This document shows positions 32,098-40,742 of a stretch of DNA of 41,789 nt, in pieces (positions within the stretch are counted from its first letter, which is position 1; every line of letters starts with the position of its first letter). The stretch is from positions 1 through 41,789 of the forward strand of contig QNBN01000002.1 in the NCBI GenBank assembly GCA_003645695.1. The letters are read 5' to 3'. A program made the translations under genes and the position numbers. The notes beneath the pieces were generated by a model. The model saw only the letters and a program-made list of their open reading frames with translations. It had not been told where the DNA came from and ran no database searches. Source of the DNA: Spirochaetota bacterium (GTDB lineage Bacteria > Spirochaetota > B62-G9).

Positions 32098-32336
32098 ATT
32101 ATTTATAACAAATAGAGATAATTTCTACTTTTTAATAATTTTCAAAATTACTTAAAAGTCTTTGTATACCAAGATAAAAAAATACTATCTATCGAAATTG
32201 GTCAGTAGAGCTCTGCTTTTAAAGTTTAAATTTACTATAAGATAGCTAAACCTAATAATTCAACATTCAAATTAATATAAGTTTTCCTTTTAGATTGATA
32301 TTGGTTAACTGGATTTATTTAAGCAGACATTCAATT

Positions 32337-32900
32337 TTAAAGCTTTTCCACTTCAACAAAATCAAGTTCTACTGGTGTAGACCTTCCAAATATCTCAACT
32401 CTAACCTTTAATTTCTGTTTTTCATTATTTATTTCCTCTACCGTACCAGTAAAGGACTTGAAAGGACCTTCAATTACTCTTACAGTCTCTCCAACACTGT
32501 AGAGATACCTTGGTGAAACCAGCTTATCACCTTTAAGCTCGCCCATCCTCTGTAAAATCTGTTTAACCTCATCGCCTGTAAGCGGAACAGGCCTTTTGTT
32601 AATTCCTGAACCTACAAACCCTGTTACACCTGGAATTCTTTTAATCAGGTAGAGTATTCTCTTCCATTCGTACTCAGGTTGATCCGGGATATTCATTTCC
32701 AAAAGAATATACCCAGGAAAATATTTTTTACGTGAGACCCTCTTTTTGCCTTCTCTGATTTCAGCTACATCTTCGGATGGTACCTTAACCTGGAAAACTG
32801 TATCTTTGAGTTCTCCACTTTCAATAAGATTTTTAAGTGCTTTCTCTACCTTGTTTTCATATCCCGAATAAGTATGTAGTACGTACCAGTTTTTTGCCAT
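32337..32900 (-). CDS. nusG: Transcription termination/antitermination factor NusG
   Basis: MAKNWYVLHTYSGYENKV... NGN domain, C-terminal KOW (GETVRVIEGPFKSFTGTV). The ATG at 32900 lies 2 nt after the secE TGA. Confidence 0.95.
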   Translation of the reverse strand: MAKNWYVLHTYSGYENKVEKALKNLIESGELKDTVFQVKVPSEDVAEIREGKKRVSRKKYFPGYILLEMNIPDQPEYEWKRILYLIKRIPGVTGFVGSGINKRPVPLTGDEVKQILQRMGELKGDKLVSPRYLYSVGETVRVIEGPFKSFTGTVEEINNEKQKLKVRVEIFGRSTPVELDFVEVEKL

Positions 32901-32902
32901 TA

Positions 32903-33088
32903 TCAACCACCAAGTATTGCAAAAACTACTGTTTTAATTACATAATCTATCAAAGCTAAAACTGCAGCAATAGCAAGTATTGATATGATCACAACTCTTG
33001 TGGAAGTAAAGACCTCTTCTTTAGAAGGCCAGTTAACCTTCTTCAATTCTGATTTTGACTCTCTTAAAAACGCTATAATCTTCTTCAA
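32903..33088 (-). CDS. secE: Preprotein translocase subunit SecE
   Basis: 61 aa single-TM protein (FLRESKSELKKVNWPSKEEV + TM) directly upstream of nusG. TTG start 5 nt after GGGGGA. Confidence 0.85.
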   Translation of the reverse strand: MKKIIAFLRESKSELKKVNWPSKEEVFTSTRVVIISILAIAAVLALIDYVIKTVVFAILGG

Positions 33089-33111
33089 GAGATCCCCCTG
33101 ATAAAAAAATT

Positions 33112-33185
33112 CAGGCCAGGCAGGATTCGAACCCGCAACATCCGGTTTTGGAGACCGGCGCTCTACCAGTTAGAGCTACTGGCCT
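33112..33185 (-). tRNA. trnW: tRNA-Trp (anticodon CCA), no encoded CCA tail
   Basis: Hand-folded cloverleaf: acceptor AGGCCAG/CTGGCCT, D arm GCTC/GAGC, anticodon arm CCGGT-CTCCAAA-ACCGG, T arm GCGGG-TTCGAAT-CCTGC. Confidence 0.92.
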
Positions 33186-33320
33186 ATCTAAAAATTATAA
33201 ATAAAAGTTTTTAAATTGGCTTATTAACGCTGATATATAATATAATAAACAGCGAAATTTAAATCAATTTTTAAAATCTTCTAAACCCAGACTATGGACA
33301 GGTAAACTCCACCTACAGAG

Positions 33321-33476
33321 CTACTTTATACTGGTCTCTTTATGAATCGTATGTTTGTTACAATAAGGACAGTATTTTTTAAACTGGAGTTTCGATGGTG
33401 TATTTTTTTTATTTTTCGTTGTTGTATAATTTTTACGCTTACATACCTCGCATGCAAGGGCTATCAGTTCTCTCAT
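33321..33476 (-). CDS. rpmG: 50S ribosomal protein L33 (not in ORF track)
   Basis: Hand translation gives [51 protein letters not shown], with CxxC...CxxC. AGGAG RBS upstream. Confidence 0.9.
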   Translation of the reverse strand: MRELIALACEVCKRKNYTTTKNKKNTPSKLQFKKYCPYCNKHTIHKETSIK

Positions 33477-33554
33477 TTATTTTGCTCCTGTTTAAACCCG
33501 TTAATATAGTTCTTTTAATTTTTATTATTTTTTGAACCAGATTCTAAAAAAATA

Positions 33555-33627
33555 AGCCCACAACCGGAATTGAACCGGTGACCTCGTCATTACCAATGAC
33601 GTGCTCTACCGACTGAGCTATGTGGGC
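33555..33627 (-). tRNA. trnT: tRNA-Thr (anticodon GGT)
   Basis: Hand-folded cloverleaf: acceptor GCCCACA/TGTGGGC, D arm GCTC/GAGC, anticodon arm CGTCA-TTGGTAA-TGACG, T arm ACCGG-TTCAATT-CCGGT. Confidence 0.92.
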
Positions 33628-33654
33628 ACCAAAATTCAAATAGAATTCAGAAAG

Positions 33655-33684
33655 CTAATTTATAAAATATTATACAAAAGTCAA
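33655..33684 (-). promoter_or_regulatory. Candidate promoter for the tRNA-Thr/rpmG/tRNA-Trp/secE/nusG unit
   Basis: Minus strand reads TTGACT, a 16-nt spacer, then TAAATT, about 30-50 nt upstream of tRNA-Thr. An overlapping TGTATAAT gives an alternative -10. Confidence 0.4.
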
Positions 33685-33747
33685 GGGATTTATATCTTGT
33701 AGAGCAGCATGAGCTGTACCGCAGCCTACCATTGTTAATTATAACTC

Positions 33748-34173
33748 TCAAACAACACCAATACTATTCGATGAAGTTGATAGAATTCCACTTCTATCTA
33801 CCTGTTTATCCATATCAGGCCTTATCATTTCACATTTTCCTTCAAAAATCACTCCATCGGCCATTTTTAATTTTTTAGTCTTTATATTACCGTATAGTTT
33901 TCCAGTAGATAATAGTTCAAGTCTCTCTCTTGCTTCAACATTCCCTTTAACTTCTCCGGCTATTACTACTGAATCGGCCTTTATATTTGCTTTTACAGTT
34001 GCCCTCTCTCCTACAATAAGAAATCCTTCTGAGATAATCTCTCCATTGAACTTTCCATTTATCTTCAACGAAGTTTTAAACTTCATAATACCATTAAATG
34101 AGGTAGTATCACTTAGAACAGTATTTACCTTTTCAGCTTCTTTGATATCCCCATATTCATTCTTTCTAGCCAT
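33748..34173 (-). CDS. Bactofilin-family cytoskeletal protein
   Basis: 141 aa with the repetitive beta-helix pattern of bactofilin/DUF583 (INGKFNGEI...GERATVKANIKADSVVIAGEVKGNVEA...ELLSTGKLYGNIKTKKLKMADGVIFEGKCEM). Confidence 0.8.
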   Translation of the reverse strand: MARKNEYGDIKEAEKVNTVLSDTTSFNGIMKFKTSLKINGKFNGEIISEGFLIVGERATVKANIKADSVVIAGEVKGNVEARERLELLSTGKLYGNIKTKKLKMADGVIFEGKCEMIRPDMDKQVDRSGILSTSSNSIGVV

Positions 34174-34186
34174 TTCAACACCTCAT

Positions 34187-34408
34187 CTATTTTGTAGTCA
34201 TAGTAAAAACCCCGTCCCAGTCTGGTGGAGGAGGATTTTTACTTAATTCTATACACCTTGCAATATAGAGTCGGGTAGGGCCATCCGATGGTTCGTATTC
34301 TAGAGCCTTCCGAAACTGCTTTAAAGCTTCCTTAAACTTCATTTCTTTATACAACTTAAGCCCCTTCTCGTAATACTCAAGCATTTTTAATTTATTCTTC
34401 GTTAACAT
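34187..34408 (-). CDS. Small TPR-like protein with C-terminal PPPPDWDGVFTMTTK motif
   Basis: One TPR-like repeat (YYEKGLKLYKEMKFKEALKQFRKALEYEPSD). Start set to the ATG at 34408, 6 nt after GGAG (the track's TTG at 34429 is possible). Ends 13 nt upstream of the bactofilin gene. Confidence 0.6.
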   Translation of the reverse strand: MLTKNKLKMLEYYEKGLKLYKEMKFKEALKQFRKALEYEPSDGPTRLYIARCIELSKNPPPPDWDGVFTMTTK

Positions 34409-34472
34409 TTCATTCTCCACTAAACTCAAACTTTAAAAATAAAATAAAATTGCACTCTAAATAAAATATATA

Positions 34473-34481
34473 ATTATATCA
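34473..34481 (-). promoter_or_regulatory. Extended -10 box (TGATATAAT) upstream of the TPR/bactofilin pair
   Basis: Perfect TGnTATAAT on the minus strand, about 65 nt upstream of the TPR ATG. Confidence 0.4.
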
Positions 34482-34611
34482 CTTTAATATTGATAAATCT
34501 ATTTGAGGTTTCTAAAATCTCCCCTAGATTCCAGCTCTTCGACCGAAACGATAATCGCTAAAAACAATTATTCAATCTAAAGATTTTATTATTTAAGGTT
34601 TACCCACCTAT

Positions 34612-35241
34612 TTAATATATCTCTATTTCTTCATTTACATTTTTATATAAAACATTTAACTCATTTTTGATCTTCTCTAGCCTTTTAATAAGTTTTTCTA
34701 AAACCACAGAGTACTCAGATTTTATTAAATTTTGTTTTATACTCGAACTGTACTCTGCTAGAGCATTATTAAAATTATCTATCAACTTACCGGATTCTTT
34801 AAAATAGTTCTTAAGGGTCTCAATCTTTTTTTCATTAGTGGTTGCTAACTGTTTAAATCTCTTAGTTTTTAAAATACTCCTTATTCTGGCCAAAATTTCT
34901 ATAAAATTGAATGGCTTTGTTATATAATCTTCAACTCCTATCTCGAAAAGATCAACCTTTTCCTTGATATCATCTATAGCTGTAAGAATGATTATAGGTA
35001 TGCTATCCGTTTCAGGATTGGATTTTAGTAGTTTTGTAACTTCAATCCCACTCATCTTGGGCATCAACAGATCAAGCAATATTATATCCGGGTAAAAGTG
35101 TTCAACCTTTTTAATTACCTCTTCGCCATTATATGCTACCTCTACTTCAAATCCAAGCCTCTCCAGCATAATCTGAAAAAACTCAACATTTATCTTTTCA
35201 TCATCTGCAACTAATATCTTTCCATTAAACTCGATATCCAT
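34612..35241 (-). CDS. Response-regulator receiver-domain protein with a coiled-coil C-terminus and no recognizable output domain
   Basis: CheY-like receiver (ILVADDE...DIILLDLLMPKMSG...ILTA...ITKPF) followed by about 85 aa of K/E/L-rich, probably helical sequence. Confidence 0.85.
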   Translation of the reverse strand: MDIEFNGKILVADDEKINVEFFQIMLERLGFEVEVAYNGEEVIKKVEHFYPDIILLDLLMPKMSGIEVTKLLKSNPETDSIPIIILTAIDDIKEKVDLFEIGVEDYITKPFNFIEILARIRSILKTKRFKQLATTNEKKIETLKNYFKESGKLIDNFNNALAEYSSSIKQNLIKSEYSVVLEKLIKRLEKIKNELNVLYKNVNEEIEIY

Positions 35242-35243
35242 AT

Positions 35244-36851
35244 TTACATATTATTTCTATTTAGAATTATGTCAACAATTTTTATAAACAATTCCACCAA
35301 TAGAACAAAAATTACCAGTGCAATCATTGAAAAGGGTAGAAAATCGCCATGTTTTGTATAAAATGTTAGACTTTTCATAGATACAGTTGGTTTATACTTT
35401 ACATTACACACAAGATAATCAGACTTAAATAGGGGAAGTCTCTCAACAATTCTTCCGTATGGATCTAAATATACCGTTACACCTCCGTTTGCTACCCTAA
35501 CAAGTGGAACCCTGTTCTCAATCGCCCTGAATACAGAAATGCTAAAATGCTGAACTTCAGCCTTCTCGCTTCCACTCCATGCATCATTTGTGATATTAAT
35601 CATTAATCGACTACCATTTTGAACAAACTTACGTGCTAGATTTCCAAATACATCCTCAAAACATATTAGAACATTAAACGCCAGATCTTCATATTTAAAT
35701 ACCTTAAAACTTGTGCCCGGACTAAAATCACCTGCTCCTGCCTTTTCAAGAATTCTGGCAGCAAAAGGAAACAATTTTTTATAGGGAAACCATTCCCCAA
35801 AAGGCACCAGATGCACTTTTCTGTAATAATCATATCCTTTACCAGGTTCATAGTAGTAGGCAACATTGTAAAACTTACCCCTAAATCTCCCTTTTTTGTA
35901 AATCCCCTGAAAGCTGAGGCTTCCGATAATAAAGGGCCTTTTCATTCTTTTTATAAAAGAATCAATCTTGAGAGCATATACATTTTTTTTTGCAAGGTAA
36001 TAATCAAAAGGAAAAGGGACAGAAGACTCACTCCAAATTATCATATCCGGATTATATTTTAAAGATTTCATTGTCAGCGAAACTTCTTTTTCAAGGCTTT
36101 TATTTAAATTTGGACTCCATGGATCAAAATTAGGCTGAATCAAAGAGAGTTTTATAGACTTTTCTCCTGAGTATCTATCATCCTTTAGTACAAATAAACC
36201 ATATACAACAGAAAGAATGATTAATAAGATGGAAATAACGAGGTTGAGCGTTTCAGAGCTCTTCCAGTTAGAAAAATCCGTTCCTTCATCTCTGATTTTG
36301 ATTATAAACATTGCAAGGGAAGAATTGAAAAGTACTATTATTAGATCAATTCCCCAAACACCGAAAATACTGGAGGTTTGAATCAGCAAAGTATTTCTAT
36401 ACTGAGTATAACCAATTATTCCCCAGGGAAAAGCCAAAAATCCAATGGTTTTTAAATAATCAAAGAATATCCAGACTGAAGCCAACATCAGAGTTTTTAA
36501 ATAACGTGGAGTAATATGATAAATTACCCATGAAAAAATTACCTGTGGCATTAGATAGATCAATTCAGCCACAAGGGAAAGGGGAAATGAAAGAGGTTGT
36601 TTGTATTCTTTCAGCCATATTAAATAAAAAAAATTAAAGGTAAAATTCACTATAATTGTTGAAAAAATTACTCTTGATAAGTTTTCCCTAGTTATAACGA
36701 TGAAGAATGGGACAAGAGCGATCCACGCAATAATCGAAATTCCCGGGATTGGGAAAGAAAGAACTAATAAAAATGATGATAAAAGACTCAGGATAGGCCA
36801 GCTGAAAAGAGTACGCGCCAGATAACTTTTTTTAAAATCGGATTTAATCAT
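35244..36851 (-). CDS. lnt: Apolipoprotein N-acyltransferase
   Basis: 535 aa with an N-terminal multi-TM region plus a CN-hydrolase domain (IIWSES, KVHLVPFGEW, NVLICFED). Confidence 0.88.
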   Translation of the reverse strand: MIKSDFKKSYLARTLFSWPILSLLSSFLLVLSFPIPGISIIAWIALVPFFIVITRENLSRVIFSTIIVNFTFNFFYLIWLKEYKQPLSFPLSLVAELIYLMPQVIFSWVIYHITPRYLKTLMLASVWIFFDYLKTIGFLAFPWGIIGYTQYRNTLLIQTSSIFGVWGIDLIIVLFNSSLAMFIIKIRDEGTDFSNWKSSETLNLVISILLIILSVVYGLFVLKDDRYSGEKSIKLSLIQPNFDPWSPNLNKSLEKEVSLTMKSLKYNPDMIIWSESSVPFPFDYYLAKKNVYALKIDSFIKRMKRPFIIGSLSFQGIYKKGRFRGKFYNVAYYYEPGKGYDYYRKVHLVPFGEWFPYKKLFPFAARILEKAGAGDFSPGTSFKVFKYEDLAFNVLICFEDVFGNLARKFVQNGSRLMINITNDAWSGSEKAEVQHFSISVFRAIENRVPLVRVANGGVTVYLDPYGRIVERLPLFKSDYLVCNVKYKPTVSMKSLTFYTKHGDFLPFSMIALVIFVLLVELFIKIVDIILNRNNM

Positions 36852-36887
36852 GAAAAGTCATTTTAACTTTGATTTAGAATTAACCGA

Positions 36888-37172
36888 TTATTTAACTCTA
36901 TTTTTGGATATTGCTTTAAGGTCCTTACCCGGTCTGAAATACGGAACGTTTCTCTTTGGTACCACAACAGATTCACCTGTTTTAGGATTTCTTGCACTTC
37001 TCTCTTCTCTCGTTCTTACTTCGAAAGTACCAAAACCTCTCAGTTCAATATGTTCTCCCCTTTTAAGGCCTTCTTTTACTATTTCAAAAAATAGATCAAT
37101 CACTCTTGCAATATCCTTCTTGGTCAATCCCAGCTTATCGTAGATTTCTTCAACAATTTCAGCCTTCGTCAA
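36888..37172 (-). CDS. HU/IHF-family DNA-binding protein
   Basis: LTKAEIVEEIYDKLGLTKKDIARVID...GFGTFEVRTREERSARNPKTGE...VPYFRPGK. Start set to the TTG at 37172 after AAGGAGGAGG. The track's TTG at 37193 would read through the RBS. Confidence 0.88.
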   Translation of the reverse strand: MTKAEIVEEIYDKLGLTKKDIARVIDLFFEIVKEGLKRGEHIELRGFGTFEVRTREERSARNPKTGESVVVPKRNVPYFRPGKDLKAISKNRVK

Positions 37173-37275
37173 ACCCTCCTCCTTTAATCCCAAAAGTGAT
37201 CTGGATTATAATTATGTTACCCCGCTATTGTCGATGTACATATACGGATAAATTAATATGTTTCACTAGTCGATA

Positions 37276-37303
37276 ATTATATCTTATTCAAAATAAATAT
37301 CAA
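37276..37303 (-). promoter_or_regulatory. Candidate sigma70-type promoter for the HU-like gene (TTGATA-16-TATAAT)
   Basis: Near-consensus hexamers on the minus strand about 100 nt upstream of the start. Confidence 0.5.
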
Positions 37304-37414
37304 TACAAAATTTTATAATTTTATTATAAACTGAAAAAAATCAAAATTACACCAACTTATAAAACATAATTTTCGGTAAGAATGTTGGGTGAAAGCATTA
37401 GTACTATATTATTG

Positions 37415-37681
37415 TTACTTAGCGGATGTTCTAATCCTATTGATCATCTTCTTCTTTTTTCTGGAGGCTGTGTTTTTATGGATTACGCCTCTCAGTGCAG
37501 CTTTATCTATTACAGATTTATATTCTCTCATAAATTGATCAATCAGCTCAGCATTTTGCTCCTGTATTGCTTTTTCCAATTTGTTTTTATAAGTTTTGAT
37601 CCTTGATTTCCACATTCTATTCCGCAGATTTCTTTTTTGATTCTGCCTCGCCCGTTTTATTGCTGATTTATGTGTTGCCAA
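37415..37681 (-). CDS. rpsT: 30S ribosomal protein S20
   Basis: ATHKSAIKRARQNQKRNLRNR... is canonical S20. TTG start after AAGGAGGTG. Confidence 0.93.
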   Translation of the reverse strand: MATHKSAIKRARQNQKRNLRNRMWKSRIKTYKNKLEKAIQEQNAELIDQFMREYKSVIDKAALRGVIHKNTASRKKKKMINRIRTSAK

Positions 37682-37715
37682 AAATACACCTCCTTAAAAG
37701 GTTTTTCTTAATCAG

Positions 37716-37925
37716 ACTTATGATTTAATTTATTAAAATTATAACATTTTGTACCAGCACTTTCTGGACTAGAGAAGTAATATCTTTTGTTTTTTTTACC
37801 AGATTTTATATATATTAAAGATAATATAAAGGATCAACCTTTAATTTCTATATTTCTTACAGGTATAAAACAAATAGGTACGCTAATACTATGAATTTTT
37901 CTTGAAAGTTTGTTTGCCTATTAAC
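37716..37925 (+). repeat. Intergenic repeat family, copy C (plus orientation), filling the divergent rpsT/uvrC spacer
   Basis: Shares with copy A, in the same order: TTATG.TTT.ATT.ATTAAAAT, TTTTGTACCAGCA.T.TCTG, AGGTATAAAAC(A/G)AATAGG, and TTGAAAGT.T.TTT.CCTATT. Confidence 0.6.
37738..37746 (-). promoter_or_regulatory. Extended -10 box (TGTTATAAT) for rpsT, inside the left end of repeat copy C
   Basis: Perfect TGnTATAAT on the minus strand about 55 nt upstream of the rpsT start. Positionally homologous to TGACATAAT upstream of rpoA. Confidence 0.5.
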
Positions 37926-37983
37926 TTACATTTAATTTAAGTTTAATTAAATTATAAATATTAATCCAACAAGTCAAGTTTAT

Positions 37984-39783
37984 ATGATTGAATACAATGC
38001 TGAATTATTAGAAAAAGTTAAAAGATTACCATCTAAACCAGGAGTTTACTTGATGAAGGGGAAAGATGGTAAAATTATATATATCGGAAAAGCTAAAAAT
38101 TTGAAAAATAGGGTTTCGTCATACTTCCAAACAGCAAATCAATATAATGAAAAAGTTAGAGCTCTTATTTCAAAGATAGAAACTTTCGATATAGTGTTAA
38201 CGGATAATGAAATAGAAGCATTAATGCTTGAGAATAATCTTATAAAAAAACATAGACCTTACTATAATATTGAATTAAAAGACAATGAAAGATACCCGTA
38301 TATAAAAATAACCAATGAGAGATTTCCAAGAATAATCAAAACAAGAATTAAAAAGGATGATAAATCATACTACTTTGGACCTTTCCCAAGTGTAAAATCC
38401 ATAAACAATACAATTAGAACTATAACCGATATATTTCCCCTCAGAAGATGCAATAGGAAAATCGATAGGCAAGATTATTCACCTTGCCTTAACTACTACC
38501 TTGGCAAGTGTAAATCACCATGTTCTGGTAAAATAAATGAACAGGATTACAATAAAATGGTTAAACAGGTACTCTTATTCCTGAGGGGAAAGGGTAAAAA
38601 ATTGATTGATATTGTAGAAAAAGAGATGCAGGAAGCTGCAAAAAATTATAACTATGAGCATGCAATTGAGCTAAGAGAAAGATTAAAGGCAATTAACTCT
38701 ATCATGGAGGAGCAAAAGATAACATCAACCAGCAATGCAAATGAAGATATTATAGCAATATATGATGATGGCGATACCACACATGTTTCGATTCTGGTTA
38801 AAAGAAAGGGAAAAATAGTTGGCCTCAAGGATTTTGAATATACAGCAAAAATGGATAAAAAAGATAGTTTTGAACAGTTTCTAGGACTTTATTATTCAGA
38901 TAACTATGATATTCCTGATAGAATTATTATACCTTTTGATATTACCAATAGATACACTCTATCAAAATTTCTATCCGAAAAAAGCGAAAAGGTGGTAAAA
39001 ATAGATCTATCGTATTACAGCAATGAAAAGAAATTGATTGAAATGGCAAAAAAGAATGCCCTATACAAGATAAGAGAACGAACTTTCAAGTATAATCCAG
39101 AAAATGGACTTTTTTTATTAGGAAAAATTCTTAATCTAACATCTACTCCAAAAACTATCGAAGGATTTGATATTGCAACATTATTGGGGAACTTTTCTGT
39201 TGCTTCTATGGTTAAGTTTATAGATGGGATTCCCTCAAAGAAGAATTACAGAAGATATAAAATCAGGTATAGTAATGGTCAAAATGATGTTGAAATGATG
39301 AAGGAAGCTGTCGCCAGGAGATATCAGAGATTATTAAATGAAAAATCCAAACTTCCAGATATAATTCTTATAGATGGAGGGTTACCCCAGATAAATGCTG
39401 TTAAAGAAGTATTGGATAAATTAGGAATTGATAAACCAGTAATCCTTGGTCTTGCAAAAAAGAAGGAACACATATTTAGACCTGGTAAAAGTAAACCAAT
39501 AATTTTAAATAAAACAAACGATTCCTTAAAACTCTTAATAGCAGTGCGCGATGAGGCTCATAGATTCGCGAATAGCTATCATTTAAAGTTAAGAGACAAA
39601 GAGTCACTACGTTCAAAACTTGAAACTATCAAAGGTCTTGGAGAAAAGAGAATTTTCAGTATACTGAGAGCTATTGATAATATTGAATCTGATATTGATT
39701 TAACTAAATTGGAAAGTATCCCGGGGATAGGTAAAAGATACAGTCAAAAAATATATAAAGCTCTAAAAAATGGATTAAAATAG
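37984..39783 (+). CDS. uvrC: Excinuclease ABC subunit C
   Basis: 599 aa with an N-terminal GIY-YIG (PGVYLMKGKDGKIIYIGKAKNLKNRVSSYF), a UVR domain, an endonuclease V-like domain and a C-terminal HhH. No obvious SD upstream. Confidence 0.95.
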   Translation: MIEYNAELLEKVKRLPSKPGVYLMKGKDGKIIYIGKAKNLKNRVSSYFQTANQYNEKVRALISKIETFDIVLTDNEIEALMLENNLIKKHRPYYNIELKDNERYPYIKITNERFPRIIKTRIKKDDKSYYFGPFPSVKSINNTIRTITDIFPLRRCNRKIDRQDYSPCLNYYLGKCKSPCSGKINEQDYNKMVKQVLLFLRGKGKKLIDIVEKEMQEAAKNYNYEHAIELRERLKAINSIMEEQKITSTSNANEDIIAIYDDGDTTHVSILVKRKGKIVGLKDFEYTAKMDKKDSFEQFLGLYYSDNYDIPDRIIIPFDITNRYTLSKFLSEKSEKVVKIDLSYYSNEKKLIEMAKKNALYKIRERTFKYNPENGLFLLGKILNLTSTPKTIEGFDIATLLGNFSVASMVKFIDGIPSKKNYRRYKIRYSNGQNDVEMMKEAVARRYQRLLNEKSKLPDIILIDGGLPQINAVKEVLDKLGIDKPVILGLAKKKEHIFRPGKSKPIILNKTNDSLKLLIAVRDEAHRFANSYHLKLRDKESLRSKLETIKGLGEKRIFSILRAIDNIESDIDLTKLESIPGIGKRYSQKIYKALKNGLK

Positions 39784-40076
39784 ATAAGGCATATAGATCT
39801 AGTTTTTCCAAAGTATTAAAAAATAGTTAATATAAACTTTTCTCTAAGATTTAATACAGTAAATAAGAACATTTTTCACCAAAATTCGTAAATCCCGGTT
39901 TTATAACCGGAATAACATTTTGGGTAAAATCCGGATTGTCAAGCATGCAAATTATGGTTAACATTTTTTCACAAAGTCTATCTAATTATTTTTTATCTAA
40001 TTCACAGGTTCGAGGATTAAGTACAACTGCAACTAAAAAATAGATTTTGCTATCATATAATTAAAGTACTTATTAG

Positions 40077-40400
40077 TTATATTATTCCTAATTCTTTTAA
40101 TCCATAGTAAGCTTGATTTATTGTTTTCATTTTCTCTTCGGCTACTCTTTGCATTTCTTCTCCCATTATTGCAAATTTATCAGGATGATGCTGAGCAGCA
40201 AGCTCTCGATATCTTGCTTTAATTTCTTCTTTATTCACGAATAATGATTCTAATTCAGCGTCCCTTTTAACTTTTTTCAAAGTGTCTTTAGGTTCAGTTA
40301 TTTTGTATAAAGAACTACCCACTACTTTTACTATAAATCTGATTATAAATAATATTACAAATGAAGCTATAACAACAAAAATGAATATTATTGTATCCAT
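40077..40400 (-). CDS. Membrane-anchored J-domain (DnaJ-like) protein
   Basis: N-terminal TM helix (IIFIFVVIASFVILFIIRFIV) and a C-terminal J-domain with the HPD motif (YRELAAQHHPDKF...INQAYYGL). Confidence 0.75.
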   Translation of the reverse strand: MDTIIFIFVVIASFVILFIIRFIVKVVGSSLYKITEPKDTLKKVKRDAELESLFVNKEEIKARYRELAAQHHPDKFAIMGEEMQRVAEEKMKTINQAYYGLKELGII

Positions 40401-40742
40401 ATTATATTATCCAAAATTAAATACAACAAACAGAATGCATAATTAGGCTTAAATTAGGCTTTATATTTTATTTAATAACAAACTATCTACATGATTCTAA
40501 TGCAACACATAGCTTATAAAACTGTAAAAACAATACCTCAATAACCCAATAAAAATCCTCGCTAAATAAAATATGCTAAACCATATCTATCCTTTAACAT
40601 ATCCTATATTGCCTCTATATCTAATTTCTTATTCATAAGTTATATTGTTCTATTATTAATAATTTTCTCGTATTTTTCTTTGGATTTTTCCTAGAAATTA
40701 TATACAAAACAACTTGTATCTTTAAAAAAATTTCATTTACTC

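Noticed and set aside
35666-35866. 66-aa minus-strand ORF inside lnt, and the 83-aa plus-strand ORF at 35811-36062
   Set aside because: They are out-of-frame or antisense overlaps within the well-supported lnt coding region, with no independent signals.
40006-40016. AGGTTCGAGGA resembling a tRNA or tmRNA T-loop
   Set aside because: The flanking sequence provides no matching T-stem, acceptor stem, anticodon arm or tmRNA tag region.
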